From Octopus sinensis (taxonomy: Eukaryota): a DNA stretch of 64,000 bases. The notes beneath the pieces were generated by a model. The model was not told the origin of the DNA, ran no database searches, and saw only the letters and a program-made list of their open reading frames with translations. Below are positions 14,285-26,189 of this stretch, in pieces (position 1 is the stretch's first letter; every line of letters starts with the position of its first letter). Location of the stretch: the NCBI RefSeq assembly GCF_006345805.1, contig NC_043018.1:23250001-23314000 (forward strand), given 5' to 3'. The position numbers were made by a program, and so were the translations under genes.

Positions 14285-14459
14285 CCCTTTCGTTACCAAC
14301 CCGGCTAAAACCGGCTCTGGCTCTGTAGTATAAATGTTACAATTTATGTTCCTAACACTAGCTTAATGATAACTAAGTTGTTTTACTAAATTCTTTGTTA
14401 TATTTAAAGTAATTGAAAGAAATGCAGAGCATCTCAAAATAAATACGGTAGCGAAAGGG
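14285..14459. mobile_element. piggyBac MITE family 1
   Basis: TTAA|CCCTTTCGTTACC ... GGTAGCGAAAGGG|TTAA; other copies at 47794-48013, about 48033-48135 and 53917-54145. Confidence 0.85.
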
Positions 14460-14703
14460 TTAAATGCTAAAGGTTAAAATACTACTGTGGACCCCTAAAA
14501 GTCTTATATGGACTGTTCTGATGTACAGATGCAGGCATTGGCTTTGTGGTAAGAAAGAAGTTTGCTTCCCACCACATGGTTTCAGGTTTGACCCCCCCCC
14601 CTGCACAACACCGTGGGCAAGTGTCTTCCATTATAGCCTTCAGCTGACCAAATCCTTGTGAGTGGATTTGGTAAATGGAAACCCAAAAAGCCTGTCATAT
14701 ATA

Positions 14704-14922
14704 CAAGAGGTTACTGAAGAGTCCCTGGCTTGAAGGGTGTCGTGAAAAGCCTGGTTGGAGGCCTAACCTTCTGAGTTCTTTTACAGGGCTTAGAAAAACT
14801 GAAGGGCCACTGCAATAAGTGTATGAATCTGAGAGGGGAATATGTTGGATAAAATCATAATTAACTGATCCTCCTGTATTTTCTTTTACCTAAAGCCAGG
14901 AACTTTTCGGTCCCCACCTTGT
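14704..14922. mobile_element. mariner-type MITE inside a degenerate SINE
   Basis: Ends ..ctgaagagtccctggctt / aagccaggaacttttc..; inverted copy at about 24167-24375. Confidence 0.65.
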
Positions 14923-14930
14923 GCATGGGT

Positions 14931-14965
<35 letters not shown>

Positions 14966-15197
14966 TCCTTCCCACCACTTGACAACTAATGTTGGTGTGT
15001 TTTAAGTCCCTGTAAAGTAGCAGTTCAGCAAGAGCTACTGATAGAATGAGTGCCTAGCTTAAAAGCAAAACAAATAAGTCCTTCAGTTTTCCTAAGCCCT
15101 GTAAAAGAACTCAGAAGGTTAGGCCTCCAACCAGGCTTTTGATGATGATGATGATGATTGTGATGTGTCTACTAGCTTTCCTTATATGTCTAATACC

Positions 15198-15429
15198 TAT
15201 TTCTTTATTACCCACAAGGGGCTAAACATAGAGGGGACAAACAAGGACAGACATAGGTATTAAGTCGATTACATTGACCCAGTGCGTAACTGGTACTTAA
15301 TTTATCGACCCCGAAAGGATGAAAGGCAAAGTCGACCTCGGCGGAATTTGAACTCACAACGTAATGACAGACGAAATACGGCTACGCATTTCGCCTGGCG
15401 TGCTAACGTTTCTGCCAGCTCTCCGCCTT
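15198..15429 (-). mobile_element. Meta-type SINE with 11-bp TSD
   Basis: TSD tgtctaatacc at 15187-15197 and 15430-15440. Confidence 0.88.
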
Positions 15430-15962
15430 TGTCTAATACCACCCCATCCCACAAGCAATCATGGTTTCAGTATCCTACAGTTTGTCTCCAACACATACCT
15501 GTCAAGAGTTCTTCAAGGTAAACGAGTACTTACACCTGTTGGTCATCTCTAAGCTTCACTCTCTGTGAGTGGTCAGTTCATTTACTCATTAGCATTTGAT
15601 TCCTTTAGCATTGGTCCCACTGTCAAATGGAATCACTCGTGTAGCTGGGAGGTGGGTCAGTTTGCACTGGGCAGCACTTTGGGGTCTACTGTAGGCAATG
15701 TGTTTTTTTTGTGGGGTCCAGGGGTAGCAAACAGAAGGGCCACCCCAAGCAGCACACACTCTAGCTACGCCAATGAATGTAATGCTTATTTATTCACATC
15801 ATCATCATCATCATCATCATTTAGCGTCCGTTTTCCATGCTAGCATGGGTTGGACGGTTCAACTGGGGTCTGGGGAGCCCGAAAAATCAGTCATGCATGA
15901 CTAATTTTTATGAATGAATAAATAAGCATTACATTCGGTGGTATTGATGATGTTGATGATTG

Positions 15963-16063
15963 TGATGTGTCTACTAGCTTGTCTGATGTGTCTACTAGCT
16001 TGTTTGATGTGTCTACTAGCTTGTTTGATGTGTCTACTAGCTTGTTTGATGTGTCTACTAGCT
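15963..16063. repeat. 21-bp minisatellite, 4 full units plus 1 partial
   Basis: tgatgtgtctactagcttgt(c/t) repeated. Confidence 0.95.
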
Positions 16064-16176
16064 TTCCTTATATGTCTAATACTTAATGCCATTTGAGTGT
16101 TTTTCTTCCAGTTGTCATGCATCTTTCTTGTATTCCTTAAAGCTAATCCATTTTTCTTTCTGTCTTTCTTTTATAG

Positions 16177-16208
16177 ACAAGCAGAAGCTTTGAAGGCAAC
16201 TGTGGCTG
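16177..16208 (+). CDS. SMG7: SMG7 coding microexon (32 nt), (R)QAEALKATVA(D)
   Basis: ttttatag|ACAAGCAGAAGCTTTGAAGGCAACTGTGGCTG|gtatgt; phase 2 to phase 1; resembles human SMG7 RQAEVLKADMTD; splices in frame to the 38842 exon. Confidence 0.88.
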
Positions 16209-16989
16209 GTATGTAACAAATTCTTTAATTATCAACATTATGAAGGTGGTGAGCTTGCAGAATCGTTAGCATGCTGGGCGAAATACTTAGAGGCATTTCA
16301 TCCATATTTACATTCTGTGTTCAAATTCTGCCATGGTTCAAAATTTGCTCTGTCTGGCCCCCGTGTCGGTGGCACGTAAAAGCACCATCCGTTCGTGGCC
16401 GTTTGCCAGCTCTGTCTGGCACCTGTGCGGGTGGCACGTAAAAAGCACCCACTACACTCACGGAGTGGTTGGCATTAGGAAGGGCATCCAGCCGTAAAAA
16501 CACTGCCAGATCTGACTGGGCCTGATGAAGCCTTCCAGCTTCACAGACCCCAGTTGAACCGTCCAACCCATGCTAGCATGGAAAACGGACGCTAAATGAT
16601 GATGATGATGATGACTTTGCCTTTCATCCTTTTCAGGGTCGATAAAATAAGTGCCCGTTGAGTACTGGTGGTGGTGGGGAGTTTCGATGCCCCCTCCTCC
16701 GAAATTGCTGGCCTTGTGTCAAATTTTGAAACCATTATTATTATTATCATTATTAGTATTAAGGTGGTGAGATGGCAGAATTGTTGTTAGCTCGTGGACA
16801 AAATGCTCAGGGACATTTTTTCCAGCTATTTACAATCTGAGTCCAAATTCCACTGTGGTTGCTTGGCTTTTCATCCTTTCAGGGTTGATGAAATAAGTAC
16901 CAGTGAAATACTGGGGTTGATGTAATCAACTAGCCTCCATCCCCCAAAATTGCAGGCCCTGTGCATATATAGGAGAAAGGATTATTATT

Positions 16990-17433
16990 ATTGAGTGAGA
17001 GAGCAGTTCATGCCATCAAAGTGACACTGGGGTAAAATATACGAAGCCCAGTATACCCATCATGACTACCCGTCTGATAAGGGTACACTAGGCACATGCA
17101 TCACAACCATATGTGCGCGACATGGTGATCTCATATCAAAATAAACAGCACATGACCTTGCAGGTGGGGCCCAGTTAGAATTTTCTTCTGGTCGAGTAAC
17201 CCATCCCACTCAAAAGGTCCCTGAATAAGGGTTGTTTAAGGATGTTGAACGAAACACCCATGTTTCCAGAGGTGAATTATTCAAACCCCAAAGAATCCCT
17301 CTCAACACATGGCTATGATGCTCCCCCACTACTTCTGCTCGTGATCAGAGATGCACATATCGTCAGCCACTAAGGGACATGCTCAACTGGTTAAAGTCAA
17401 ACAACTGACAAGCAAATCTGTGTTATTGAGCAG
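16990..17433 (-). mobile_element. 3' end of an unclassified non-LTR retroelement with (TAA)n tail
   Basis: Highly similar second copy at about 55492-56040; both start on the plus strand with (att)n gagtgagagagcagttcatgcc. Confidence 0.65.
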
Positions 17434-17595
17434 ATTATTATTATTGTGGTGAGCTGGCAGAATTGTTAGTAATCTGGACAAAGTGTTTAGTGGTATTTTG
17501 CCCATCGCTACGTTCTGAGTTCAATCTTCATCAGAAAGATGAAAAGTCAATCTTGGCAAAAATTGAGCTCAGAATGTAAAGGTTATTAAGCATTT

Positions 17596-18290
17596 TTCTT
17601 TTACTTGTTTCACTCATTTGACTGTGGCCATGCTGGAGCACCACCTTTAGTCGAACAAATCAACCCTAGGACTTATTCTTTGTAAGCCTAGTACTTATTC
17701 TATCGATCTCTTTTGCTGAACCACTAAGTAGTAGGAAGCACTCCGTCGATTACGATGATGAGGGTTCCGGTTGATCCGAATTAACGGAACAGCCTGCTCG
17801 TGAAATTAACGTGTAAGTGGCTGAGCACTCCACAGACACGTGTACCCTTAACGTAGTTCTCGGGGATATTCAGCGTGACACAGAGTGACAAGGCCGGCCC
17901 CTTGAAATACAGGTACAACAGAAACAGGAAGAAAGAGGGAGAGAAAGTTGTGGTGAAAGAGTACAGCAGGGATCACCACCATCCCCTGCCGGAGCCTCGT
18001 GGAGCTTTTAAGTGTTTTCGTTCAATAAACACTCACAACGCCCGGTCTGGGAATCGAAACCGCGATCCTATGACCGCGAGTCCGCTGCCCTAACCACTGG
18101 GCCATTGTGCCTCCACTGAACCACTAAGTTACAGGGATGTAAACACACCAACATCGGTTGTCAAGTGATGGTGGGGGGACCGACACACACACACAATTAC
18201 ATACATACATACATACACAACAGGCTTCTTTCAGTTTCTGTCTACCAAATCCACTCACAAGGCTTTGGTTGACCCAATATATTAGTAAAT
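17596..18290 (-). mobile_element. Family A SINE interrupted by a second SINE (17735-18113; OR1-like head plus Deu/Nin-like body)
   Basis: Family A sequence resumes at ctgaaccactaagt on both sides of the insert. Confidence 0.75.
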
Positions 18291-19574
18291 CAAAACCAAT
18301 TAACTCCAAGATTTATTTGTTTGACAACTGAATGAATTTAATAAAAGCATCTAAATATGAAACATCATGAAAATTGTTCAAACTGAAGTCCTTCTTAAGT
18401 GACACATTTTTCCATTCGAGTCGATACAGAATTACATACAGATAGTATTTATAGAATTTTGATTTACTGTTGGGTGACTTTCGGCCAACCCTGTATAATA
18501 TATCTTTTTTTTTTTTTTTGTTAAAGACAGTATTATGTAATTTGAGGAAGATTTCACTGATGTTTCTAGCAGATCAATCAACTTTGTGAAGGCTCATTAC
18601 TATAGTTTTTCCAGTTGATTATTTGTGGCTTTGTTCTAGCAGAAAATATTTTTTGATTATTATCTTTGGCAAGATGTCTGTGGAACCATCAAGGTTTCCT
18701 CTCTGAAAGACATCTAAGGTGGCCAGTAAGAGAACACCAGAGAGAGAGAGAGAAAATGATCTAATTTTTTTTAATTCCATATTTTTTCCTCTTTTTTTTT
18801 TGTTTTTATTTAATTTTTTTTTTATCATTAATTGCGATAACTGTATTTGATTTGTATGGAAATTCTATAATTGGCCAAGATTCTTGTAGTGGTTTTTATA
18901 GTTGTTGTTCAGTTAATATTGTTTTCTCTCTATCATCTCCTTAGATTAAACTCAATATGTCTCTTTGAGTATCTTTTGCAAATTGAACAAGTGTTGTTAG
19001 CTGTATGGGGGGGGGGGGGGTAGTTGGGGGTGGAAATAGAAGAAAAAGGAAGATCAAAAAAAGGGGGGGAAATAAGAAAGGAAAATAAAATCTATGGCTA
19101 TTATATTTCTTTGTTGCTGCTTGTGTTAAATGGAACAATTATTAGAGCACGTGTGTGTGTGTATTTGTGCACGTGTGTGTGTTTTCTTAGTAATTCAAAG
19201 TAGTCCCAATGGGTACGACATGGCTTTTATTACCAGAATTTACAATAATTCATTAAATGGATTCTAATAATATTGGATTAGGGACCATACTGACACATAG
19301 CTACACACAATCCTCTACTCCACGTATCAGAAGCCTTAATTCGAGTAATGACTAAGTACTCTTGAAGTAGTTTCTACAGATCCAGCTTTTGAAATCTTGA
19401 TCTGTTGATAATAGGCGTAAGTATGGCTGTGTGGTAAGAAGTTTGCTTCCAAACCACATGGTTTTGGGTTCAATCCTGCTGTGTGGCATCTTGATCAAGT
19501 GTCATCTACTATAGCCCCAGGCTGACCAAAGCTTGCGAGTAGATTTGATTGACAGAAACTGAAAGAAGTTTGTT

Positions 19575-20060
19575 GCGGACAGTTGCATTAACGAATGCCG
19601 AGCTGTAATTGTGGAGGGCACCTGTGGAAGGGGTAGACCCAGGAAGATGTGGGACGAAGTGGTGAGAAAGGATCTTCGGATGTTGGGCCTCATCGAGGAA
19701 AGGACCGGGAGATATGGTGATTTGCTGTACTTGATAAGACACACCAAGCTAAGTAAAATTTCTGTCTTCCATACATACCAGCTTGTCCTTTCTGGTGCCG
19801 GTGCCACTTAAAAAGCACCCGTGCCAATGCTATGTAGACACACCCATCCTGGTGGCATGCTGTCTCCTTGTCTTCTCATTGTGAGAGTTGTAAATGAGTG
19901 TCACGGTCATACAAGCAGTATCGTTCCTTGTCAATAATCTGTGGAAACATATCTGACCATGGAAAACTATTACCTTGCTTTGAAGCAGGTGAGGGTTAGT
20001 GACAGGAAGTGCATCCAGTCATTAAAAAAAAAAAATCTGCTTCAAAAAACTCCGTTGAAC
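19575..20060 (+). mobile_element. RTE LINE 3' fragment
   Basis: VEGTCGRGRPRKMWDEVVRKDLRMLGL, typical of the RTE ORF2 C-terminus. Confidence 0.8.
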
Positions 20061-20083
20061 CCATGTATGATCTGATTCTACCC

Positions 20084-20408
20084 CAGTGGTTCTCAACTGG
20101 GGAGGGGGGTCCATGTGGCCCCTGAGAGTCCATACAAGATTTTGTAGGGTCCACAATAGTATTTTAAGAGTCCATGAAAAAATTTAGCTTTAGATGTATG
20201 TATTGGTATGTACTGCAATAAAATAGGTTTTTTCTCTAACATTTTACGTTGTTCAACTTACAAAAGTTAATGTGTGAAAAACGCAATAGGAATTTTGAAA
20301 GCAGTTCCTACAAAACTAGTTTTTAAGCATCAAATGATTATGGGAGTCCACCAGAATGAAATAGTAATCAAAGGGGTCCATAGATAAAAAAATTGTTGAG
20401 AACCCATG
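20084..20408. mobile_element. hAT (Charlie-like) MITE
   Basis: CAGTGGTTCTCAAC ... GTTGAGAACCCATG; 8-bp near-TSD ttctaccc/ttctacac; relatives at 35691-36457 and about 46525-46878. Confidence 0.8.
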
Positions 20409-20419
20409 TTCTACACGAT

Positions 20420-21348
20420 TCCCTTGATGTGACATAGATGCCAATTTAAAGAATGCCACAGTATTGAAATATGCAGACGACATCAAGCTGTACCTTGAAA
20501 TCAAGAGGACTGATCCTGATGTCTACAACTCTTCCTGCAATCAGACCTAGACACAATGCAGCAATGGATCACAGACTGGCAACTGAAACTGGCTGTGGAC
20601 AAGTGTACTACCATGCATTTTGGGAGAAAAAACCCTGCGTCCACATACTCCCTCCACAACACTGATATCAAGAAATCCTCTTGTGAGCGTGACCTAGGCA
20701 TCACTGTCAGCAGTGATTTGCGTTGGACAAAGCATATCTCTAAAATTGTCAAGAAGGCCGAGGGTGTCTTGGCATCACTCAGCAAGACTTTTGTTAGCCG
20801 CTCTCCAGCTATCTATTTAAAACTGTATACAGCTATGGTACGACCACACTTGGAATTCGCATCATCAGTTTGGAATCCCTATCTTGCTCAGAACATTGAC
20901 CTCCTGGAATCTGTCCAGAGACGTGCAACCAAACGCATACCCTCCATCAGACACCTACCATATTCTGAGCGCCTTGTTTCCCTGGGCATGGATTCACTGA
21001 AGCTTCGGCGTCTGGCGACGGACTTGGTAAACACCCACAAGGTTATCAACCACCTCACCAACAACAACACTGAACACCTTTTTGATCTCCATGTGTCTAA
21101 CACACGTGGACATGCCTACAAAGTCAGAAAACAGCACAGCTCCCATGACTTTCGGAAACATTTTTTCACGCTCAGGGTTGCTGAAGCGTGGAATAAACTG
21201 ACTGCGTCAGTTGTTGACTGCCATGACACTGCATCCTTTAAGGCCCTCATGCTTTCCGAAATCCACCGAAACTACACCTGATTATATATACACTTTCGAT
21301 GAGTTGTAGTGCACCTGAGCACTGTACACAATTATTATTATTATTATT
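20420..21348 (+). mobile_element. 5'-truncated CR1-type LINE (RT C-terminus, 241-aa ORF 20556-21281)
   Basis: YADD at 20470 before a frameshift; ERDLGI, VRPHLEFASSVWNPY, LESVQRRATK, TRGH, FTLRVAEAWNKL motifs; (ATT)n tail. Confidence 0.95.
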
Positions 21349-21803
21349 ACTAGGAAGAGGATGGTCAGGATTATACAATTTTGATCCACACTAGATTCCA
21401 CTGAAAACCATTCAGAATCGTAACAAATGATAAACAAAACTATTAAAATTTTGGCGACCTCTCATAGTGGTGACCCCACAAGATGTGTAAGTAATGTGGC
21501 TGACACTACCGTTTTCTGTTCTTCCTTCAGCTGAGAGCTAGAAAATACTTCAGTCCAGAACAGTTGCTGCTGCGCTGACCCATAACAAAGCTGAAATGTG
21601 GTCAACATTGGAGTATTGCTCACACAATTAGGACAGTGCTATTACCCCTTCCCTATCCTTAGATGGCATCTAAAAGACGGTCATTTGACTGTCAAAGAAT
21701 CAGAACATTGACTATCTAGAAATAGCAGCCAAACCTTCCGTAGCTGTTGTCTTTCCTGTATACACAGGACATATTTCTCTGGTATCCTATGCTTCATATA
21801 TAC

Positions 21804-22205
21804 TCTTTACTCTCTCTTTTACTTGTTTCAGTCATTTGACTGCGGCCATGCTGGAGCACCACCTTTAGTCGGGCAAATCGACCTCAGGACTTATTCTTTG
21901 TAAGCCCAGTACTTATTCTATCGTTCTCTTTTGCCGAACCGCTAAGTGACGGGGACGTAAACACACCAGCATCGGTTGTCAAGCAATGCTAGGGGGACAA
22001 ACACAGACACACAAACATATATACACACACATATATATATACATATATACGACAGGCTTCTTTCAGTTTCCGTCTACCAAATCCACTCACAAGGCATTGG
22101 TCGGCCCGGGGCTATGGCAGAAGACACTTGCCCAAGATGCCATGCAGTGGGACTGAACCCGGAACCATGTGGTTGGTTAGCAAGCTACTTACCACACAGC
22201 CACTC
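21804..22205 (-). mobile_element. Family A CORE-type SINE
   Basis: Near-identical to 894-1351. Confidence 0.85.
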
Positions 22206-22849
22206 TTTTTCTAATGATACACATTCTCCAATCTTTTTATTGACGACAAGAGAGTAATTTGTGACTTATGAAAGGAAAGCTTTATAATACTCAGAATGTA
22301 TGAATCAAGGATTAATTAAGTCTGGAAGCAAGCATGGATGTTTAGGACAAGCTTATTGGAAAATGCTTTCGGCAGGCAAAGGGATTAGTCGCGTCCTACC
22401 ATCTTAGGAAAAAGTATGTTGGATAATGTGGTCTTTGGTTCCTTGTACACAGGAAATGACACACTGGTCATGGTTGGAGTGTCTTTGAACATAGGCCTGC
22501 TCTATCAGAGCTTATCTGAGACTTAACAGCAACAACTGATGAATGCAATATTAAATGCCCTTCCTGTTTTGGATATTTCACAAAGCAGCCGCTGGAGATT
22601 TGAAATCTCAGTTTTTAGTGTTATTTATAACCTCTGGTTACGCCTGATTGAGCAGGTTTATGATCTTATCCTATTTTCTTCAAGCTTAGAATAATCTATG
22701 TCACACTCCTTTCTTTATTCAATGTCTCCCCCCCCCTTTTTTTTTACAAAAACAGTTGTATGGTTAAGAAGCCTGCTTCCCAACCACATGGTTCTGCGTT
22801 CAGTTACACTGCGTGATACCTTGGGCAAGTGTCTTTCACTATAGCACTG

Positions 22850-23257
22850 GGATCTTTTTGGTTTGAGCGGCAGTTTTTTCTAGCGATGTCATATGAAATT
22901 GTCACCCATAATTATGACCCTAGTATTGATCTATTGCATTTCAATCTGTGTTAGGGTTAAGGGTGGGGGAAGGGTATCTTTTTTTCTTCAGAAATGTAAA
23001 TAAACCCAATCTGTTTCTTAAACGAGGGACATATTCATACGGCACAGAATGCTTTTACCTCAGTAGACGTCATTGATTGGTTGAAATTGCAGAAATTGAA
23101 GAAAAAAAAACAACAAATATCTTACAAACTATAGAATTTTCTCAAAGTCAAGAGAAAAAGATGTTTTATAAACACATTCTACCAGTATACGAAGTTTAAA
23201 AGTGTTTAGTTACGCAGAAATTATTTTAAAAAACTGCCGTTCAAACCGAAAAGATCC
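22850..23257. mobile_element. Non-autonomous DNA transposon, Merlin-like, inserted in a family A SINE
   Basis: About 28-bp TIRs GGATCTTTT(T/C)GGTTTGA(G/A)CGGCAGTTTTTT; 8-bp TSD tagcactg at 22842-22849 and 23258-23265. Confidence 0.85.
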
Positions 23258-24708
23258 TAGCACTGGGCTGACCAAAGCCTTGTGAATGGATTTGGTTGAC
23301 ATGAACTGAAAGAAGCTCGTCGTGTGTGTGCCTATGTCACCGCCGCTTGACAACGTGTTTGTATACGTTCTCGCAACTGAGCGGTTCGACAAAAGAGAAC
23401 GATAGCATAAGTATTGGGCTTTGAAATAAGTGTTAGGATCGATTCGTTCGGCTAAATCCTTCATAACGGTGCCCTAGCATGGCCGCTGTCCTATACCTGA
23501 AACAAGTAAAAAATATATGGGAAAGATTTGGTTGTTACTTCTAGCAGATCGAACGACCACGTAGAGGCCACCTTCGGTTGATTCAATGCTCCTGTATCTT
23601 CTAATTGGTGTCTCGTTCGCCTCATAGTAAGAAAGTCTAATCACCAATTGCTCAATGCATGTGAGACTGTTACAATACAAGAACACCAACCATGTTACAC
23701 CATACTATTGGAATACAGGGATCGGTTGTTATTTGCGAATCAGACGTTCACCTCATGTAATTTTTAGGAAAACGAAATTTAATCAAATCGGCGAGCGGTG
23801 TCACGCATGCACAAATACACACACACACGGCAAGTGTCTTCTACTTATAGCCTCGGGCTGACCAAAGCCTTGTGAGTGGATTTGGTAGACGGATATATAT
23901 ATATATGTGTGTGTGTTTGTGTGTCTGTATTTGTCCCCCTAGCATTGCTTGACAACCGATGCTGGTGTGTTTACGTCCCCGTCACTTAGCGGTTCGGCAA
24001 AAGATACCGATAGAATAAGTACTGGGCTTACAAAAGAATAAGTCCCGGGGTAGATTTGCTCGACTAAAGGCGGTGCTCCAGCATGACCGCAGTCAAATGA
24101 CTGAAACAAGTAAAAGAGTAAAAGAGAGCAAAAGAGTATATATGTGTATGTGTGTGCACATATATACGATGCGGTGCTGAAAAGTCCCTGGCTTTGGGTA
24201 ATAGAAAATATAGGAAAATCAGTTAATTTTGATTTTATTCAACATATTCCCCTCTCAGACACACACATTTATTGCAGCGGTCCTTCGGTTTTTTCTAAGC
24301 CCTGTAAAAGAACTCGGAAGATCGGGCCTTCAATCAGGCCTTTCGCGACACCCTTAAAGCCTGGAACTTTTCAAGGCGGAGGTAAAGAAAACGTGCGCCA
24401 CCCGTTTTCGGCGTAACAAAAACCCTAATCCTAAACCTTAAACCTTCAACTCTTACACCCTAACCCTAACGTGTACGTAGTCTTTAATCTAGACAGATTT
24501 CCAAACCTGGGCACCAAACAGTTAATCGTTAATTAACGAAGTTAACGTTTTCGTTAACGATTTAATTTTTAAGTTAACTTTGGAAATCATTATCGGACTA
24601 ATTAACTTCCGTTAAGTGAAGTTGCTACGACGATCTTTAAGCTCAAGGACTTGAAATCCAATTGGGCGTCTACTGTAGCCCCTTAGTCGACGCATTTATA
24701 CCAATACC

Positions 24709-25119
24709 TATTTCTTTACTACCCACAAGGGGCTAAACGCAGAGAGGACAAACAAGGACAGACAAACGGATTAAGTCGATTACATCGACACCAGTGCGTA
24801 ACTGGTACTTATTTAAACGACCCCGAAAAGATGAAAGGCAAAGTCGACCTCGGCGCAATTTGAACTCACAACGTAACGGCAGACGAAATACCTATTTCTT
24901 TATTACCCACAAGGGGCTAAACACAGAGGGGACAAACAAGGACAGACATATGTATTAAGTCGATTACATCGACCCTAGTTCGTAACTGGTACTTAATTTA
25001 TCGACCCCGAAAGGATGAAAGGCAAAGTCGACCTCGGCGCAATTTGAACTCACAACGTAACGGCAGACGAAATACCGCTAAGCATTTCGTCCGACGTGCT
25101 AACGAATCTGCCAGCTTGC
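24709..25119 (-). mobile_element. Two nested or tandem Meta-type SINEs sharing one 18-bp TSD
   Basis: TSD cgcatttataccaatacc at 24691-24708 and 25120-25137; junction at 24892/24893. Confidence 0.88.
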
Positions 25120-25992
25120 CGCATTTATACCAATACCGAAGGGTCGCTCAGTTACACACGACATTGTGTGCGTGTGTGCGCTGTCATTAATTAACTACGG
25201 AAGCACAATACAAATTACATCCCTCCACACACACATGTACTTCCATAGTTAGCGTCAACGTATTTGTTGACTTTTTTGCATGCAAATTAAAAATGATTCC
25301 TCGTAGTGGTTCTGTTGAAAGTGTGGGTGCTTGTCTTAAACTTTAGGGTTCAAAATATAGTGACAAGTAAACGATGACTGTATGAGGTGGTCGTGAGATG
25401 TGCTAAAAATAACAGCTAAATACCCCCTCCCCCCTAAATCACAAGTTTTTTTTTTTTGCTTTATTTTTTTTGCATAGTCGTATGATTTCCCGTGTGTAGG
25501 TCACACATTCTCAAAAGTTTTCTGGAAATTCCTATAAAATAAGGAAGTTATGAGGGGTTAAATGCCGTGCGTAAAGTAGAATTCCGTCCAAATATATTCT
25601 AATGAATACTTTGGGTAATTACGAAAGTGTTTGGTGGTGGTGGTGGGGCGGCTTCAGGAAACTGTTTGATACCTTTACGGTATCACACCACATTGTATGA
25701 GGAACTGCACCAACCCCTATGTCTGTTCTTCTGCCTATATCTGAAACCATTTATCATGGAATCCTTATGCCATTTTAATAAAAAGAAATTGCAGAACCCT
25801 TTTTGTATTTCACAGGCAACGTCTACCACTCCATATTTAATAGAATGAAAACAAAATCTAAAAACAATTAATTATATCTATCTATCTATTTAATTGAATA
25901 TTTATTTATCTATCTACACACGCGCGAGAGTGGATTTGATAGGCGAAAACTGAAAGAAGTCTGGTGTATGTATGTGTGTGTGTATATATATA

Positions 25993-26035
<43 letters not shown>

Positions 26036-26189
26036 CGTGATCACCGTGACCGACCAGGCTATCAGATGTTGCTACACATCGCTGGTCACAATGCCCTTCG
26101 CATTGTTTTAGCCTTCAAATGACGCCACCCCGCTGGCTAAGCGAGCAGGCCAATATATATATATATATAATGTAGTTAGATATTCTTTT

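Noticed and set aside
24420-24470. Telomere-like (TAACCC) degenerate repeats in an EST1-family gene
   Set aside because: Short and degenerate, typical of transposon subterminal sequence; the link to EST1 is coincidental
25280-25287. Octamer ATGCAAAT suggesting an snRNA promoter
   Set aside because: No recognisable U snRNA sequence nearby; an 8-mer is expected by chance in AT-rich DNA
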